A DNA stretch of 64,000 nucleotides from Bdellovibrionales bacterium (GTDB lineage Bacteria; Bdellovibrionota; Bdellovibrionia; Bdellovibrionales; UBA1609), in assembly GCA_027459485.1 (NCBI GenBank), contig DAIDIG010000001.1, forward strand, positions 257,989-321,988. The letters run 5' to 3'. How positions within the stretch are numbered: position 1 is the first letter of the stretch; each line of letters opens with the position of its first letter. Made by a program: the position numbers and the translations under genes. Under the pieces are notes generated by a model. The model ran no database searches and had not been told where the DNA came from. It saw only the letters and a program-made list of their open reading frames with translations. Below, piece after piece: positions 20,422 to 29,754 of this stretch.

Positions 20422-21642
20422 ATGTCGCAAGAGAAGCGTTTTAAAAAAGGTGATCTTATATTCAAAGAGGGTGACACTCTGACCTCTTTCTATATTTTGC
20501 AGTCGGGCAAAGTTTCGCTTTTTCTTGAGCGCGCCAACCAACGCACCGAGATCGATCAGCCCGTCATCGGCCAAATGTTCGGGGAGCAGGGGATATTCGG
20601 CTTTCCGAAGCAGATGTTCAACGCTGAAGCGCAGACCGAAGTTCGGGTCGTTGAAATGCCGATCGAGCCGATGAAAACCGTGTTTGAAAAGTCACCCGCG
20701 CCATACAAACTTTTCGTGAAAGCAATGGGCGATGAGCTTCGTCGTTTGCGCGGCATCGTGAAGTCGAGCAAGATGGATAACGGCGACACCGGCACGTGCC
20801 CCCCGCGCATGATCCCTCGCCTGTGCACGATTCTCGTGCTCGTAGCTGAACACACGGGTCAGAAACCGAAGCCGCCGCCGACGAACGTTGTTCCGTTTAA
20901 ACAGCAAGATGAACCGGTGGGGTGGGTCCCGTCCTACGACCCCGCTAAATTTGTCGAGACCGACACCATCGTGAATTTCAACACTCTGAAAATTTACACC
21001 GCGCGCATGTTTCTCGAAAGCCCGCATCGAATGCAGGGCTTTTGCGAAATCTTAGCAAAGCTGGGATACGTTTCGTTACGTTACGAAAAAAACGAAGAGA
21101 CCGAAATCGAAGAACTGCAAGAAGTGCGCATTCACAACAAAGATTTGATTGAGCACTTCGGCGAGTTTTATCAGCACAATTTCTTTCGCGCCGGCAAGTC
21201 TGAAATGATTCATGTCGATCGAATGGCGATCGTGTTGGCGTTAGCGTTCAGTGAATTGGCCGCGCCGCTTGAAATCGATCGCAACGGAGCTGCCAGAGTT
21301 CCATATAAAGAAGTCACGGAACATTTACGATCGCGGTATTCGATCGACCTCAAAGAAACGCACGTCAATTTGTTAGAAAAAAAAGGTCTGTTTATGAAAC
21401 GTCATACGATCGGCGAAGACGTGTTCGTATCGTTCGACCGCCACGAGTGGGCCCAAACGAGCAAATTCTGGCGGATCATTCAAGAGATCGATCGATGGAA
21501 CGAAAAGGGCATGGTGAACATGAAAGAAGATCTGCTCGCCGGCCCCAAAGCTGCCACCGTCGAAAAGTGCGGCAGCTGCGGCCATGTGATTCAGTCAGCC
21601 GCCAAGTTCTGCCCGGAGTGCGGGCAAAAATTGGCTGCTTAA
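20422..21642 (+). CDS. cNMP-binding domain protein with C-terminal zinc ribbon
   Basis: N-terminal CAP-like barrel (FKKGDLIFKEGDTLTSFYILQSGKVSLF...GQMFGEQG). C-terminal CGSCGHVIQSAAKFCPECGQKL. The middle of about 250 aa is unassigned. Confidence 0.7.
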   Translation: MSQEKRFKKGDLIFKEGDTLTSFYILQSGKVSLFLERANQRTEIDQPVIGQMFGEQGIFGFPKQMFNAEAQTEVRVVEMPIEPMKTVFEKSPAPYKLFVKAMGDELRRLRGIVKSSKMDNGDTGTCPPRMIPRLCTILVLVAEHTGQKPKPPPTNVVPFKQQDEPVGWVPSYDPAKFVETDTIVNFNTLKIYTARMFLESPHRMQGFCEILAKLGYVSLRYEKNEETEIEELQEVRIHNKDLIEHFGEFYQHNFFRAGKSEMIHVDRMAIVLALAFSELAAPLEIDRNGAARVPYKEVTEHLRSRYSIDLKETHVNLLEKKGLFMKRHTIGEDVFVSFDRHEWAQTSKFWRIIQEIDRWNEKGMVNMKEDLLAGPKAATVEKCGSCGHVIQSAAKFCPECGQKLAA

Positions 21643-21645
21643 TCG

Positions 21646-22878
21646 CTATTCGTTGTCGTTATTTTGGTGCTTCGGCTGCGCCAATTTCAAAATTTGCTCC
21701 AAGATCTTACCGTTTTGAACATGAAGTTTAACGAGTTTTGGATCGGCTTTAACCTCATAAACACCCGGGCTGCCTGGGTCGTACACGTTATCGGCCAACA
21801 GGTGATTTCTCTCCAAGTACTGAACGACAGAGTCGACCGTCACAAATTGATAGATGTCGGCTGGGCGAAAAACTTGATCAAAACAATTCAACAGATTTGA
21901 AGCATCCCACATGTGGCCGCCCCATGGTAAAATAGGTCCGCGCTTGACTGTACAAGCGATAGAATCGATGAACCCGGTCGCTCTCACTATAGTCGGCCGG
22001 TAATTCGTATTCCATAACTCCTTTTGAGAGGGGTAACGATTGACGATCGGCGTTCCGGGCGGGAGTTCAGCCGCCGCGATTAGCTCTAACGGCCACTGGT
22101 CAGAATTTTGATCGTTCATTTGCCAATGCAGAAAAAATGGGTCGGGCTTATTCAGATTGTCCGGCCTGCGAAATCGGAAGGGTACTGCGGCCACGTTGTA
22201 CTTCGGTTCGTGAATCGCGTCGAATGCGATTTTCCTATTGTTATAGATGCTCATCAAACGAGATTGCAATTCCGGTGATGGGACAATTACGAGTGCCGAA
22301 TCGTCACGAGGGTTGTAGACTTTAGTATCCCAAAAAAAGTGTGGGAACTTCTGATCGAAAATCTCCGAAGTACCGTAACGTTTACTTGTCTTGTTGCACT
22401 GTGCGAGTAAGTGCGAAATGTAGACCCAACTATTGGGGTTCGGATCACCGTATTTCGAGAGGTAGCCGTCATCGTGCTTCAGCAAAAGGCCCATATGCGA
22501 ATAAATCAACGGCTTGTTTGAAAACAATTGATCGGGTAGTGGCTGGCTATTCTGATCGTTATTGGCATCGTAGCTTTGAACGGTGTTGTACAACTCGTAT
22601 AAATATGTCTGGAGCGGTACGTTTGGGTCGTCTTTGAATACGCGCAATCCACTCATATTTTCGCCGCGACGAGCGACAAAAACCATTTGGATCTTTTCGC
22701 CCTTCGCGTTCATTCGCTTTTCGATATCGAGGACTTTATTGCGCACTAAATTCGCCATATATTCGGAGGCGAGCCACTTCGACTCCGTAACGTTCTCAAG
22801 GTAACAGCCACCGGCAAAAGCGAAAGTGCCGGAAATTAGTGTCAGAAGCGTTACAAGAAATATTGCTATTGATTTCAA
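21646..22878 (-). CDS. Secreted hypothetical protein, DUF2145-like by motif pattern
   Basis: Signal peptide IAIFLVTLLTLISGTFAFA. The segments SHMGLLLK, W.YISHLLAQC, ALVIVPSPELQSRL, NSDQWPLELIAAA and VTVDSVVQYLERN resemble my recollection of DUF2145. Not verified. Confidence 0.55.
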   Translation of the reverse strand: MKSIAIFLVTLLTLISGTFAFAGGCYLENVTESKWLASEYMANLVRNKVLDIEKRMNAKGEKIQMVFVARRGENMSGLRVFKDDPNVPLQTYLYELYNTVQSYDANNDQNSQPLPDQLFSNKPLIYSHMGLLLKHDDGYLSKYGDPNPNSWVYISHLLAQCNKTSKRYGTSEIFDQKFPHFFWDTKVYNPRDDSALVIVPSPELQSRLMSIYNNRKIAFDAIHEPKYNVAAVPFRFRRPDNLNKPDPFFLHWQMNDQNSDQWPLELIAAAELPPGTPIVNRYPSQKELWNTNYRPTIVRATGFIDSIACTVKRGPILPWGGHMWDASNLLNCFDQVFRPADIYQFVTVDSVVQYLERNHLLADNVYDPGSPGVYEVKADPKLVKLHVQNGKILEQILKLAQPKHQNNDNE

Positions 22879-22993
22879 TTCCTACTCCTCTGGCTATTGG
22901 CGTTTGAATTCGACTAACCGCAGTATAACGATCTTCGACTTTGAGCGAAAGATGAGCTGAATTAATAACAGTGCCATTTATAAGGCTTACACA

Positions 22994-23027
22994 TAAAAAA
23001 ACCGCGCCACCAAAGGCGGCGCGGTCT
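22994..23027 (-). terminator. Rho-independent terminator after the 267 aa secreted protein gene
   Basis: On the minus strand: ACCGCGCCGCC-TTTG-GTGGCGCGGT followed by TTTTTTT. Confidence 0.75.
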
Positions 23028-23055
23028 CAAAGAATTTGCTTCTAAATGTCTGAAC

Positions 23056-23859
23056 TTACTTGTGATAGTGGCGGAATGTATCTCGGCCAGCGCGGAATGC
23101 ATCGCGTGAGCCGTTGTATAGATCCAATACGGCGCCCGAAACGGAGCCAGCCGAAACTTTGTAAGTTGCGACGCTAGCTTGCCCAACGGCGCGAATGTAC
23201 GCATATGTTTTCGAAGCAGCTGTTTTCGATGCATTCACCGTCGATACGGCGCTTGCTTTTGTTTTGTCGTAAGTCGACACGGCGCTCGCCTTTACTTTGC
23301 CGAATGCTACCACAACAGAACCAGCCGAAACCGTATAGAGTTGGCCCGAGCCTTTCATGACTGTTTGAAGCGGTTGGCCTGAAACATCATTCATAACACC
23401 GCCAGACGCTTTCAATACGCGACCAGAGGCATCGATCGTCACTGTCATGCCTTCATCAGAGGCATTGAGAGCTCTTTTTGACTCACCTACAGGGTCTTGA
23501 ATCGTGGCTAGAGAAGTGTCACCCGACATCACAAGCACGTGCCCGGTTGTCGTCAGAACCCACTTCGAAGCGGCTGCTGCATTGCCAACCGATTCTTGAG
23601 AAGCGAGGCTCGGATTTTGAATCACGAACACGCTGCCATTTGTCAGTTCCGTCGAGCCGGCGGTCAGTGCGCCGCTAGTCGACAATGCAATTTGACCCGA
23701 GGTATTCACTACGAGCACCAATGAGTTTCTGATAGCGTCGTACGAACCTCCCGAGATATCCGAACTCCCTTGGCTTGACCCCTGAAGCGCGCCGACAGTG
23801 GCAAATGCCATGCTTGCGGCTAATGTCACGGCAGCAACCGTGAGTGCTTTCTTCATCAT
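23056..23859 (-). CDS. Secreted Ala/Ser/Gly/Thr/Val-rich hypothetical protein
   Basis: Signal peptide MMKKALTVAAVTLAASMAFA and an SD (AGGAGGA) upstream. Low-complexity beta-rich-looking sequence with an 11-residue repeat KASAVSTYDKT/KASAVSTVNAS. Confidence 0.65.
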   Translation of the reverse strand: MMKKALTVAAVTLAASMAFATVGALQGSSQGSSDISGGSYDAIRNSLVLVVNTSGQIALSTSGALTAGSTELTNGSVFVIQNPSLASQESVGNAAAASKWVLTTTGHVLVMSGDTSLATIQDPVGESKRALNASDEGMTVTIDASGRVLKASGGVMNDVSGQPLQTVMKGSGQLYTVSAGSVVVAFGKVKASAVSTYDKTKASAVSTVNASKTAASKTYAYIRAVGQASVATYKVSAGSVSGAVLDLYNGSRDAFRAGRDTFRHYHK

Positions 23860-24051
23860 CCTAGTCCTCCTTTGTGCCGGCGGACCTGAATAATTGGCGC
23901 GCTCGGCGGTTATTGTTCATTTATCTTTATTTAAATTTCATTACGAAATCTTGACGCCGGATAGTAGGTGACTCACTGCGAACAGCACAACAGTAAATGC
24001 GCAGTTTGAAATCTTTTCCCGCAGATTCGTTCTGTGCTATTGTCATTTTTT

Positions 24052-24291
24052 ATGGCTGAAATTAAAAACAAGTTCCCCGAGAACGTGGCGGGCAAATATT
24101 ACGTGGATCGCGAGTGTATATCTTGCGATGCTTGCTACATGGCCGCGCCTCAAAACTTCGCGATGAACGAAGATGACGGCCATGCCTATGTTAAGAAGCA
24201 GCCCGAAGGCTCGGTTGAAGAAGATCAATGTCGGGATGCGATGGAAGGCTGCCCCGTCTTTGCCATCGGTAACGACGGTGCAACGAAGTAG
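24052..24291 (+). CDS. Small ferredoxin (single Fe-S cluster type)
   Basis: ORF 24034..24291 trimmed to MAEIKNKF. CISCDACYMAAP plus a distal CP (EGCPVFAI). Confidence 0.8.
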   Translation: MAEIKNKFPENVAGKYYVDRECISCDACYMAAPQNFAMNEDDGHAYVKKQPEGSVEEDQCRDAMEGCPVFAIGNDGATK

Positions 24292-24303
24292 GGTGAAAAT
24301 TCA

Positions 24304-25878
24304 ATGAGTTTTGAACAAGAAGTGCGTCGGCGGCGGACGTTTGCGATTATTTCGCATCCCGATGCCGGTAAGACGACCATCACTGAAAAAATATTGTATC
24401 TCGGCCGCGTGATTCGCGAAGCCGGTGAAGTGCACGGCAAAGCCGGCAAAAAGGCGGTGACATCCGACTGGATGACAATGGAGCGCGAGCGCGGCGTTTC
24501 AATCACCTCATCTGTCATGCAGTTCGACTACAATGGCTTTCGCGTCAATCTACTCGATACGCCCGGCCACAAAGATTTCGGCGAAGACACATATCGAACG
24601 TTGATTGCGGCAGATAGCGCGGCGATGCTGATCGATGCCGGTAAAGGTGTTGAAGAGCGAACACGTAAATTGTTCGAGGTTTGTCATCTTAGACAAATTC
24701 CCATCTACACCTTTGCCAATAAAATGGATCGCGAAGGGCGCGAACCGTTGGAACTGATCGACGACGTTGAGAATACACTGGGTTTGAGTTGCTATCCGGT
24801 CACCTGGCCGATCGGTATGGGCGACCGGTTTCGCGGGCTCTATCATCGGCTCGATAAAAAATTGTATTTGTACACCCGCGGTGAAGAGGCGGCTCAGATC
24901 ATCGGCGTCGATGGAATTCGTGACCCCAAAATCGCCGAACACGTTCAGCCTGAACTACGTGAGAAGTTTATCGAAGATTTGGAATTGCTCGACGGCGCCC
25001 TCCCTGAGTGGAATCAAAGCGAATTTTTGAAGGGCAAAATCACGCCGATGACCTTCGGCAGCGCCAAATACAATTGGGGAGTGGATTTGTTTTTGAACCT
25101 GTATTCAAAGTATTCTCCCGAACCGATGCCGCGGCAATCGAACGCCGGTGAAGTGAGCCCGCTAAATAAAAGCTTTTCGGGTTTCGTTTTTAAAATTCAG
25201 GCCAATATGGATCGCCGACACCGCGACCGGGTCGCGTTCGTTCGCATTTGTTCCGGTCGTTTTGAGCGAGGCATGAAAGTGTGGCACGAGCGCCTTCAGC
25301 GGGAGTTGCGTCTCGCGTATGCCAATACTTTCATGGCGCGCGACCGTGAGACAGTTGATGAAGCTTATGCTGGCGACATCGTCGGCATTATCGATACGGG
25401 CAATTTTCAGATCGGTGATACGATCACCGACGGCAAAAGACTGGTATTTGACGAGATGCCGCGGTTTAGCCCCGAATGCTTCGGGCGGCTCTCGATTAAA
25501 GATCCGCTCAAGCGTAAACAGATGCAAAAAGCTGTTGGGCAGCTGGCCGAAGAAGGCACTGTTCAGATTTTCGTTGATCCGCGCGTCGGCGAGCAAGATC
25601 CCGTTTTAGGCGTCGTTGGCGAGCTTCAATTCGATGTTTTGCTTTATCGTCTGAACGACGAGTACAACCTCGATGTGAAGCTCGAGCGTTTGCCACTCGG
25701 AGTTGCACGCTGGCCGCGCCACAAAGAAACGGGCCGTCGGCCGCAAGCCATCAATGGCGGTTCCATCGTGTATCAAGACGCGAAAGGTAAGCCGGTCATT
25801 TTGCTGCAAAAAGAATGGGATTTGAATTGGCTGATCAAAGAAAATCCAGATCTTGAATTCGGTTTCACCGGCGCATGA
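24304..25878 (+). CDS. prfC: Peptide chain release factor 3
   Basis: RRRTFAIISHPDAGKTTITEKIL, DTPGHKDF and FANKMDR GTPase motifs. RF3-typical length and N-terminus. Confidence 0.95.
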   Translation: MSFEQEVRRRRTFAIISHPDAGKTTITEKILYLGRVIREAGEVHGKAGKKAVTSDWMTMERERGVSITSSVMQFDYNGFRVNLLDTPGHKDFGEDTYRTLIAADSAAMLIDAGKGVEERTRKLFEVCHLRQIPIYTFANKMDREGREPLELIDDVENTLGLSCYPVTWPIGMGDRFRGLYHRLDKKLYLYTRGEEAAQIIGVDGIRDPKIAEHVQPELREKFIEDLELLDGALPEWNQSEFLKGKITPMTFGSAKYNWGVDLFLNLYSKYSPEPMPRQSNAGEVSPLNKSFSGFVFKIQANMDRRHRDRVAFVRICSGRFERGMKVWHERLQRELRLAYANTFMARDRETVDEAYAGDIVGIIDTGNFQIGDTITDGKRLVFDEMPRFSPECFGRLSIKDPLKRKQMQKAVGQLAEEGTVQIFVDPRVGEQDPVLGVVGELQFDVLLYRLNDEYNLDVKLERLPLGVARWPRHKETGRRPQAINGGSIVYQDAKGKPVILLQKEWDLNWLIKENPDLEFGFTGA

Positions 25879-25944
25879 TTAAGGCCCATCGACGCGATTG
25901 ACGAATAGGCGGCGAACGAGCAGAATCTCCGCTCGGGGGAAAAC

Positions 25945-27204
25945 ATGTCTAAGGCAGAGCACTATTGTTCGCACGTCGTGCTGACGTCGCATCCCAGTCA
26001 GATTTTCACGAAATCAATTCCTGTACAGTGGGGGGCACGATCCGCCCGTGAGCGAGGCCCAGTCGTTGCCTCGTTAACCGACATGACAGCGCGTAACGCC
26101 ATCGGCACGCACGGTGGTGCGTATTCTGTCTATCGCGCGCTCGCCACAAGTGCCGGTCGACTCCGTACGATATTCCGTCCTGATCTCACGAACACGGCAC
26201 CGGCTGAACGGATTGGGCCATTTCCCTCTTGGTCGGCCGCCGATAAAATTGTGGCGCTCGACCCATGGGGCGCGAACGTTCACGATGACTTTCGCGAATT
26301 CTTCAAGCGAGGGTATGATATTCGACCTTCGATTGCAGTGACGAAAGCCCATATTCACATGCCTGAAATTGCCGAAGCCATAGCCACTGGCCGGCTTCGC
26401 GCCGACGGGGTGATCGTGCGAAAACGCGGTGATGTGGTCGTGACAAAGGTGGCTCTTGAGCCGGTTTGGTTTTTACCGGGCATCGCGGCTCGCTTCAATG
26501 TCAGCGAGTCGGAATTGCGGCGCGGGCTTTTTCAATACACAGGGGGGATGTTCCCCGAGCTTGTGACAAGACCCGATCTCAAAGTGTTTTTACCGCCGAT
26601 CGGTGGAATGACGGCCTATGTGTTCGGACCTCTCCGGTATGTCGCTGATATTCGAAAGCCGTTGACGTGCCGGGTTCATGACGAGTGCAACGGCTCAGAC
26701 GTGTTCGGCTCAGACATTTGCACGTGCCGGCCGTATCTCGTTCACGGTATTGAAGAGGCGATTAAATCGGCCCAAGCGGGTGGATCTGGCCTCATCGTCT
26801 ATTTTCGCAAAGAGGGGCGTGCGCTCGGCGAAGTGACTAAATTTCTGGTCTACAATGCGCGCAAACGGCAAAAAGGCGGCGACACCGCGGCTGAGTATTT
26901 TCATCGTACCGAATGTGTCGCGGGTGTGCAGGATATGCGCTTTCAGCAAATCATGCCCGATGTTCTTCATTGGTTTGGTATTCAGCGCATCGACCGTTTC
27001 ATTTCGATGAGCGATATGAAATACGACGCGATTGTTAAAAGCGGCATTCATATTTTGGAGCGAGTTCCGATCCCCGACGATTTGGTCCCGGACGATGCGA
27101 AAGTCGAAATGGAAGCGAAGAAGGCGGCCGGGTATTACACTCCGACACGAGTGAAGTCGAAACGCGCGCTGAAACGTGTGAGAGGGCGCCGTCTCAATGA
27201 GTGA
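25945..27204 (+). CDS. GTP cyclohydrolase II-like protein of the URC1 type
   Basis: C-terminal RibA-like core RVHDECNGSDVFGSDICTCRPYL (zinc Cys triad pattern) and GLIVYFRKEGRALG. The long N-terminal extension is typical of URC1-like proteins. Confidence 0.75.
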   Translation: MSKAEHYCSHVVLTSHPSQIFTKSIPVQWGARSARERGPVVASLTDMTARNAIGTHGGAYSVYRALATSAGRLRTIFRPDLTNTAPAERIGPFPSWSAADKIVALDPWGANVHDDFREFFKRGYDIRPSIAVTKAHIHMPEIAEAIATGRLRADGVIVRKRGDVVVTKVALEPVWFLPGIAARFNVSESELRRGLFQYTGGMFPELVTRPDLKVFLPPIGGMTAYVFGPLRYVADIRKPLTCRVHDECNGSDVFGSDICTCRPYLVHGIEEAIKSAQAGGSGLIVYFRKEGRALGEVTKFLVYNARKRQKGGDTAAEYFHRTECVAGVQDMRFQQIMPDVLHWFGIQRIDRFISMSDMKYDAIVKSGIHILERVPIPDDLVPDDAKVEMEAKKAAGYYTPTRVKSKRALKRVRGRRLNE

Positions 27205-28393
27205 AGCGGATTTTATCTTATCGGCTCAAGCCGTCCGCGAGCGCAGCAAAGAGATTCTCGAGCTGAATCGTGATGGTCGTGGTGAATTCATCGTGCACAT
27301 GGATCGTATTCATTCTGTGGCGAAGTTCGTGGTGCGCGTGATCAAAGAACGATTTGACGATCTAGATATTCCGTATCATTCACGGTTCAACCATTTTCAA
27401 GTCGGTGGGGTCGATCGCGAAAGGTCTCTCGACAAAGCTATCGCGCAACTGCCACCGGATGAACGGGCGCGAACTAAAATCGATTTAGCTGTGACGAGCG
27501 TATTACTTGATGCAGGCGCCGGCAATGAATGGACGTACACCGAAAACGGTCATTTGTATTCGCGGTCTGAAGGGCTCGCGGTGGCGAGCTATAACATGTT
27601 TACGGCGGGAGCATTTTCATCGTCGCGCACGCGGCCATTGATTGCGGATGCGTCGGGGCTTATGCAAATCACCGAAGAACATATTCGAGACGGGTTTCAA
27701 GTGTCGGTGAGTAATCCGTTGCTCGGTACGGCCGGCAGGGCCGAACTCTTGCATCGACTTGGCAAAGCCATCGAAATTGAATCGGATTATTTCGCCGGGC
27801 CGGAATATCATCGGCCGGGTTTTATTCTCGATTATTTTTTGCGGATGAGCCCCGATCGCGTGATCAAGGCAGGTGAATTGCTCAAGGTCGTATTGCGCGG
27901 TTTCGGACCGATTTGGCCGGGGCGGATATCAGTCGAAGATCGTATGGGTGCGGTGAACCTTGGCGATACGTGGCGCCATCCGATTGGGCTTGTGCCGCTC
28001 CATAAGTTATCACAGTGGATGACCTACTCACTTCTTACGCCGTTCGAAGAGTCCGGTTTTAGGATCGTTGATTTAAACGAGCTCACGGGCCTTGCTGAAT
28101 ATCGCAATGGCGGCCTCATGATCGACTCCGGCCTCATCGAGCCCCGCGAAGATTATCAAGGGCGACCTGTACATCCCGATTCAAAAGTCATTGTCGAGTG
28201 GCGCGCGCTCACAGTGGCGCTTCTTGACGAGATCGCCGAGCATGTTCGTGAAATTTTAGAAGTGACGGCCGAACAATTGCCGCTGGCCAAAGTTTTAGAA
28301 GGCGGCACGTGGTGGGCCGGGCGAAAACTTGCTTTTGATAAACGGGGCGGGCGACCGCCTTTCGACATTATAAGTGACGGAACAGTGTTTTAA
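27197..28393 (+). CDS. DUF1688 / URC4-like protein
   Basis: Overlaps the upstream stop by 8 nt. Size (398 aa) and motifs such as SVLLDAGAGNEWTY and GLAVASYNMFTAGAFSS match my recollection of the DUF1688 family. Not verified. Confidence 0.6.
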   Translation: MSEADFILSAQAVRERSKEILELNRDGRGEFIVHMDRIHSVAKFVVRVIKERFDDLDIPYHSRFNHFQVGGVDRERSLDKAIAQLPPDERARTKIDLAVTSVLLDAGAGNEWTYTENGHLYSRSEGLAVASYNMFTAGAFSSSRTRPLIADASGLMQITEEHIRDGFQVSVSNPLLGTAGRAELLHRLGKAIEIESDYFAGPEYHRPGFILDYFLRMSPDRVIKAGELLKVVLRGFGPIWPGRISVEDRMGAVNLGDTWRHPIGLVPLHKLSQWMTYSLLTPFEESGFRIVDLNELTGLAEYRNGGLMIDSGLIEPREDYQGRPVHPDSKVIVEWRALTVALLDEIAEHVREILEVTAEQLPLAKVLEGGTWWAGRKLAFDKRGGRPPFDIISDGTVF

Positions 28394-28430
28394 AGCGCGA
28401 AGCAGGCAAAGCGGCGCGAAGGAGTTCAAT

Positions 28431-29096
28431 ATGGCGCGAGTAAGTTTGAAAAACGGCAAGACGAAAATGGCAAATCTGACGGTGATTCAACATCCGTTGG
28501 CCCAAGATAAACTGTGGCACCTGCGCGACAAACGCACGACACCAAATAACTTTCGCCGGTTGATCGGCGAAATCAGCCAAATTTTGGCTTATGAAATCAC
28601 TCGAGATCTCAAGACGAAAGGTGCGCGAGTCGTCACTCCGATTCAAGCCACAACCGGCAAAAAAATTGTTGAACCGATGGCTCTGGTGCCGATCATGCGT
28701 GCGGGGCAAGCGATGCTCGACGGGATGCTCGAACTTTTACCAAATTGCGCCGTCGGTCACATCGGTATTTATCGCGATAAATTCGTTAACAACACGGTCG
28801 AATATTATTTTCGCCTGCCGAAAGGGATTAGCGGCATGCGAGTCGCTGTTTTAGATCCAATGCTTGCGACGGGGGACACGGCGATTGCCGCCATCACTCG
28901 TCTGAAGGAATACCGTGTGGGTCCGATCACTTTTGCGTGCATCCTTTCAGCCAAAAAAGGGCTAGATCGGTTACGAGCTGCGCATCCCGATGTTGAAATA
29001 TTCACCTTGAGTGTCGAGCCGTTGCTCAATTCGCATGGGTATATTGTGCCGGGCCTTGGTGACGCCGGTGACCGGATTTACGGAACGCTCGAGTGA
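28431..29096 (+). CDS. upp: Uracil phosphoribosyltransferase
   Basis: GAAGGAG SD at 28418-28424 precedes the Met at 28431. Alignment with E. coli Upp starts at MANLTVIQHPL (alternative start 28467). PRPP loop VAVLDPMLATGDT, and C-terminal YIVPGLGDAGDRIYGT. Confidence 0.9.
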   Translation: MARVSLKNGKTKMANLTVIQHPLAQDKLWHLRDKRTTPNNFRRLIGEISQILAYEITRDLKTKGARVVTPIQATTGKKIVEPMALVPIMRAGQAMLDGMLELLPNCAVGHIGIYRDKFVNNTVEYYFRLPKGISGMRVAVLDPMLATGDTAIAAITRLKEYRVGPITFACILSAKKGLDRLRAAHPDVEIFTLSVEPLLNSHGYIVPGLGDAGDRIYGTLE

Positions 29097-29112
29097 TGGT
29101 TGGGGTCGCGCT

Positions 29113-29754
29113 ATGACTGTGATCGCCGTTGCAGGCGGCAGCGGCTCGGGCAAAACCACCCTCGCTCGTGCCTTGGCCGAAGCGCTCGCGGCTCATGGCC
29201 GCGCCTTTATACTTGAACAAGACTGCTATTATCGCGATCAGAGTGCCAGATTCGATCAAGATGGTGGGCAAGTGAACTTTGATCATCCCGACTCGATTGA
29301 TTGGCCCCTTCTCGCTTCGCATATCCAATCACTGAAATCCGGCCAATCGGTGAATCGCCCAACTTACGATTTTTCGACGCACACAAGACGACGAGAAACG
29401 GTGAGGGTCGACCCGCCCGATTATTTAATTCTCGACGGAATTTTAATTCTTGTACAAGAAGATTTACGGTGTGAATTCAACTACAAGATTTTTGTCGACA
29501 CCTCCGAAAACGTTCGATTTCAACGCCGACTCGAACGCGACGTTCGTGAACGCGGGCGCACTCCAGAAGGAGTGAAGGCGCAGTTTTACAGCCAAGTGAA
29601 ACCGATGCACGACTTGTTCGTGGCGCCAAGTTGTCAGCACGCCGATATACTCATTTCTGAGTCCGGTGCTGGGCCGGCGGACATTGCAATGAATGTCCGC
29701 CGAATTGTCGAGACAATTATTTCGGGCTCTGATCGACGGCGATCAAACCATTGA
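29113..29754 (+). CDS. udk: Uridine kinase
   Basis: ORF trimmed to MTVIAVAGGSGSGKTTLARAL (P-loop). NFDHPDSIDW, ILDGIL and RRLERDVRERGR are typical of Udk. Confidence 0.88.
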   Translation: MTVIAVAGGSGSGKTTLARALAEALAAHGRAFILEQDCYYRDQSARFDQDGGQVNFDHPDSIDWPLLASHIQSLKSGQSVNRPTYDFSTHTRRRETVRVDPPDYLILDGILILVQEDLRCEFNYKIFVDTSENVRFQRRLERDVRERGRTPEGVKAQFYSQVKPMHDLFVAPSCQHADILISESGAGPADIAMNVRRIVETIISGSDRRRSNH

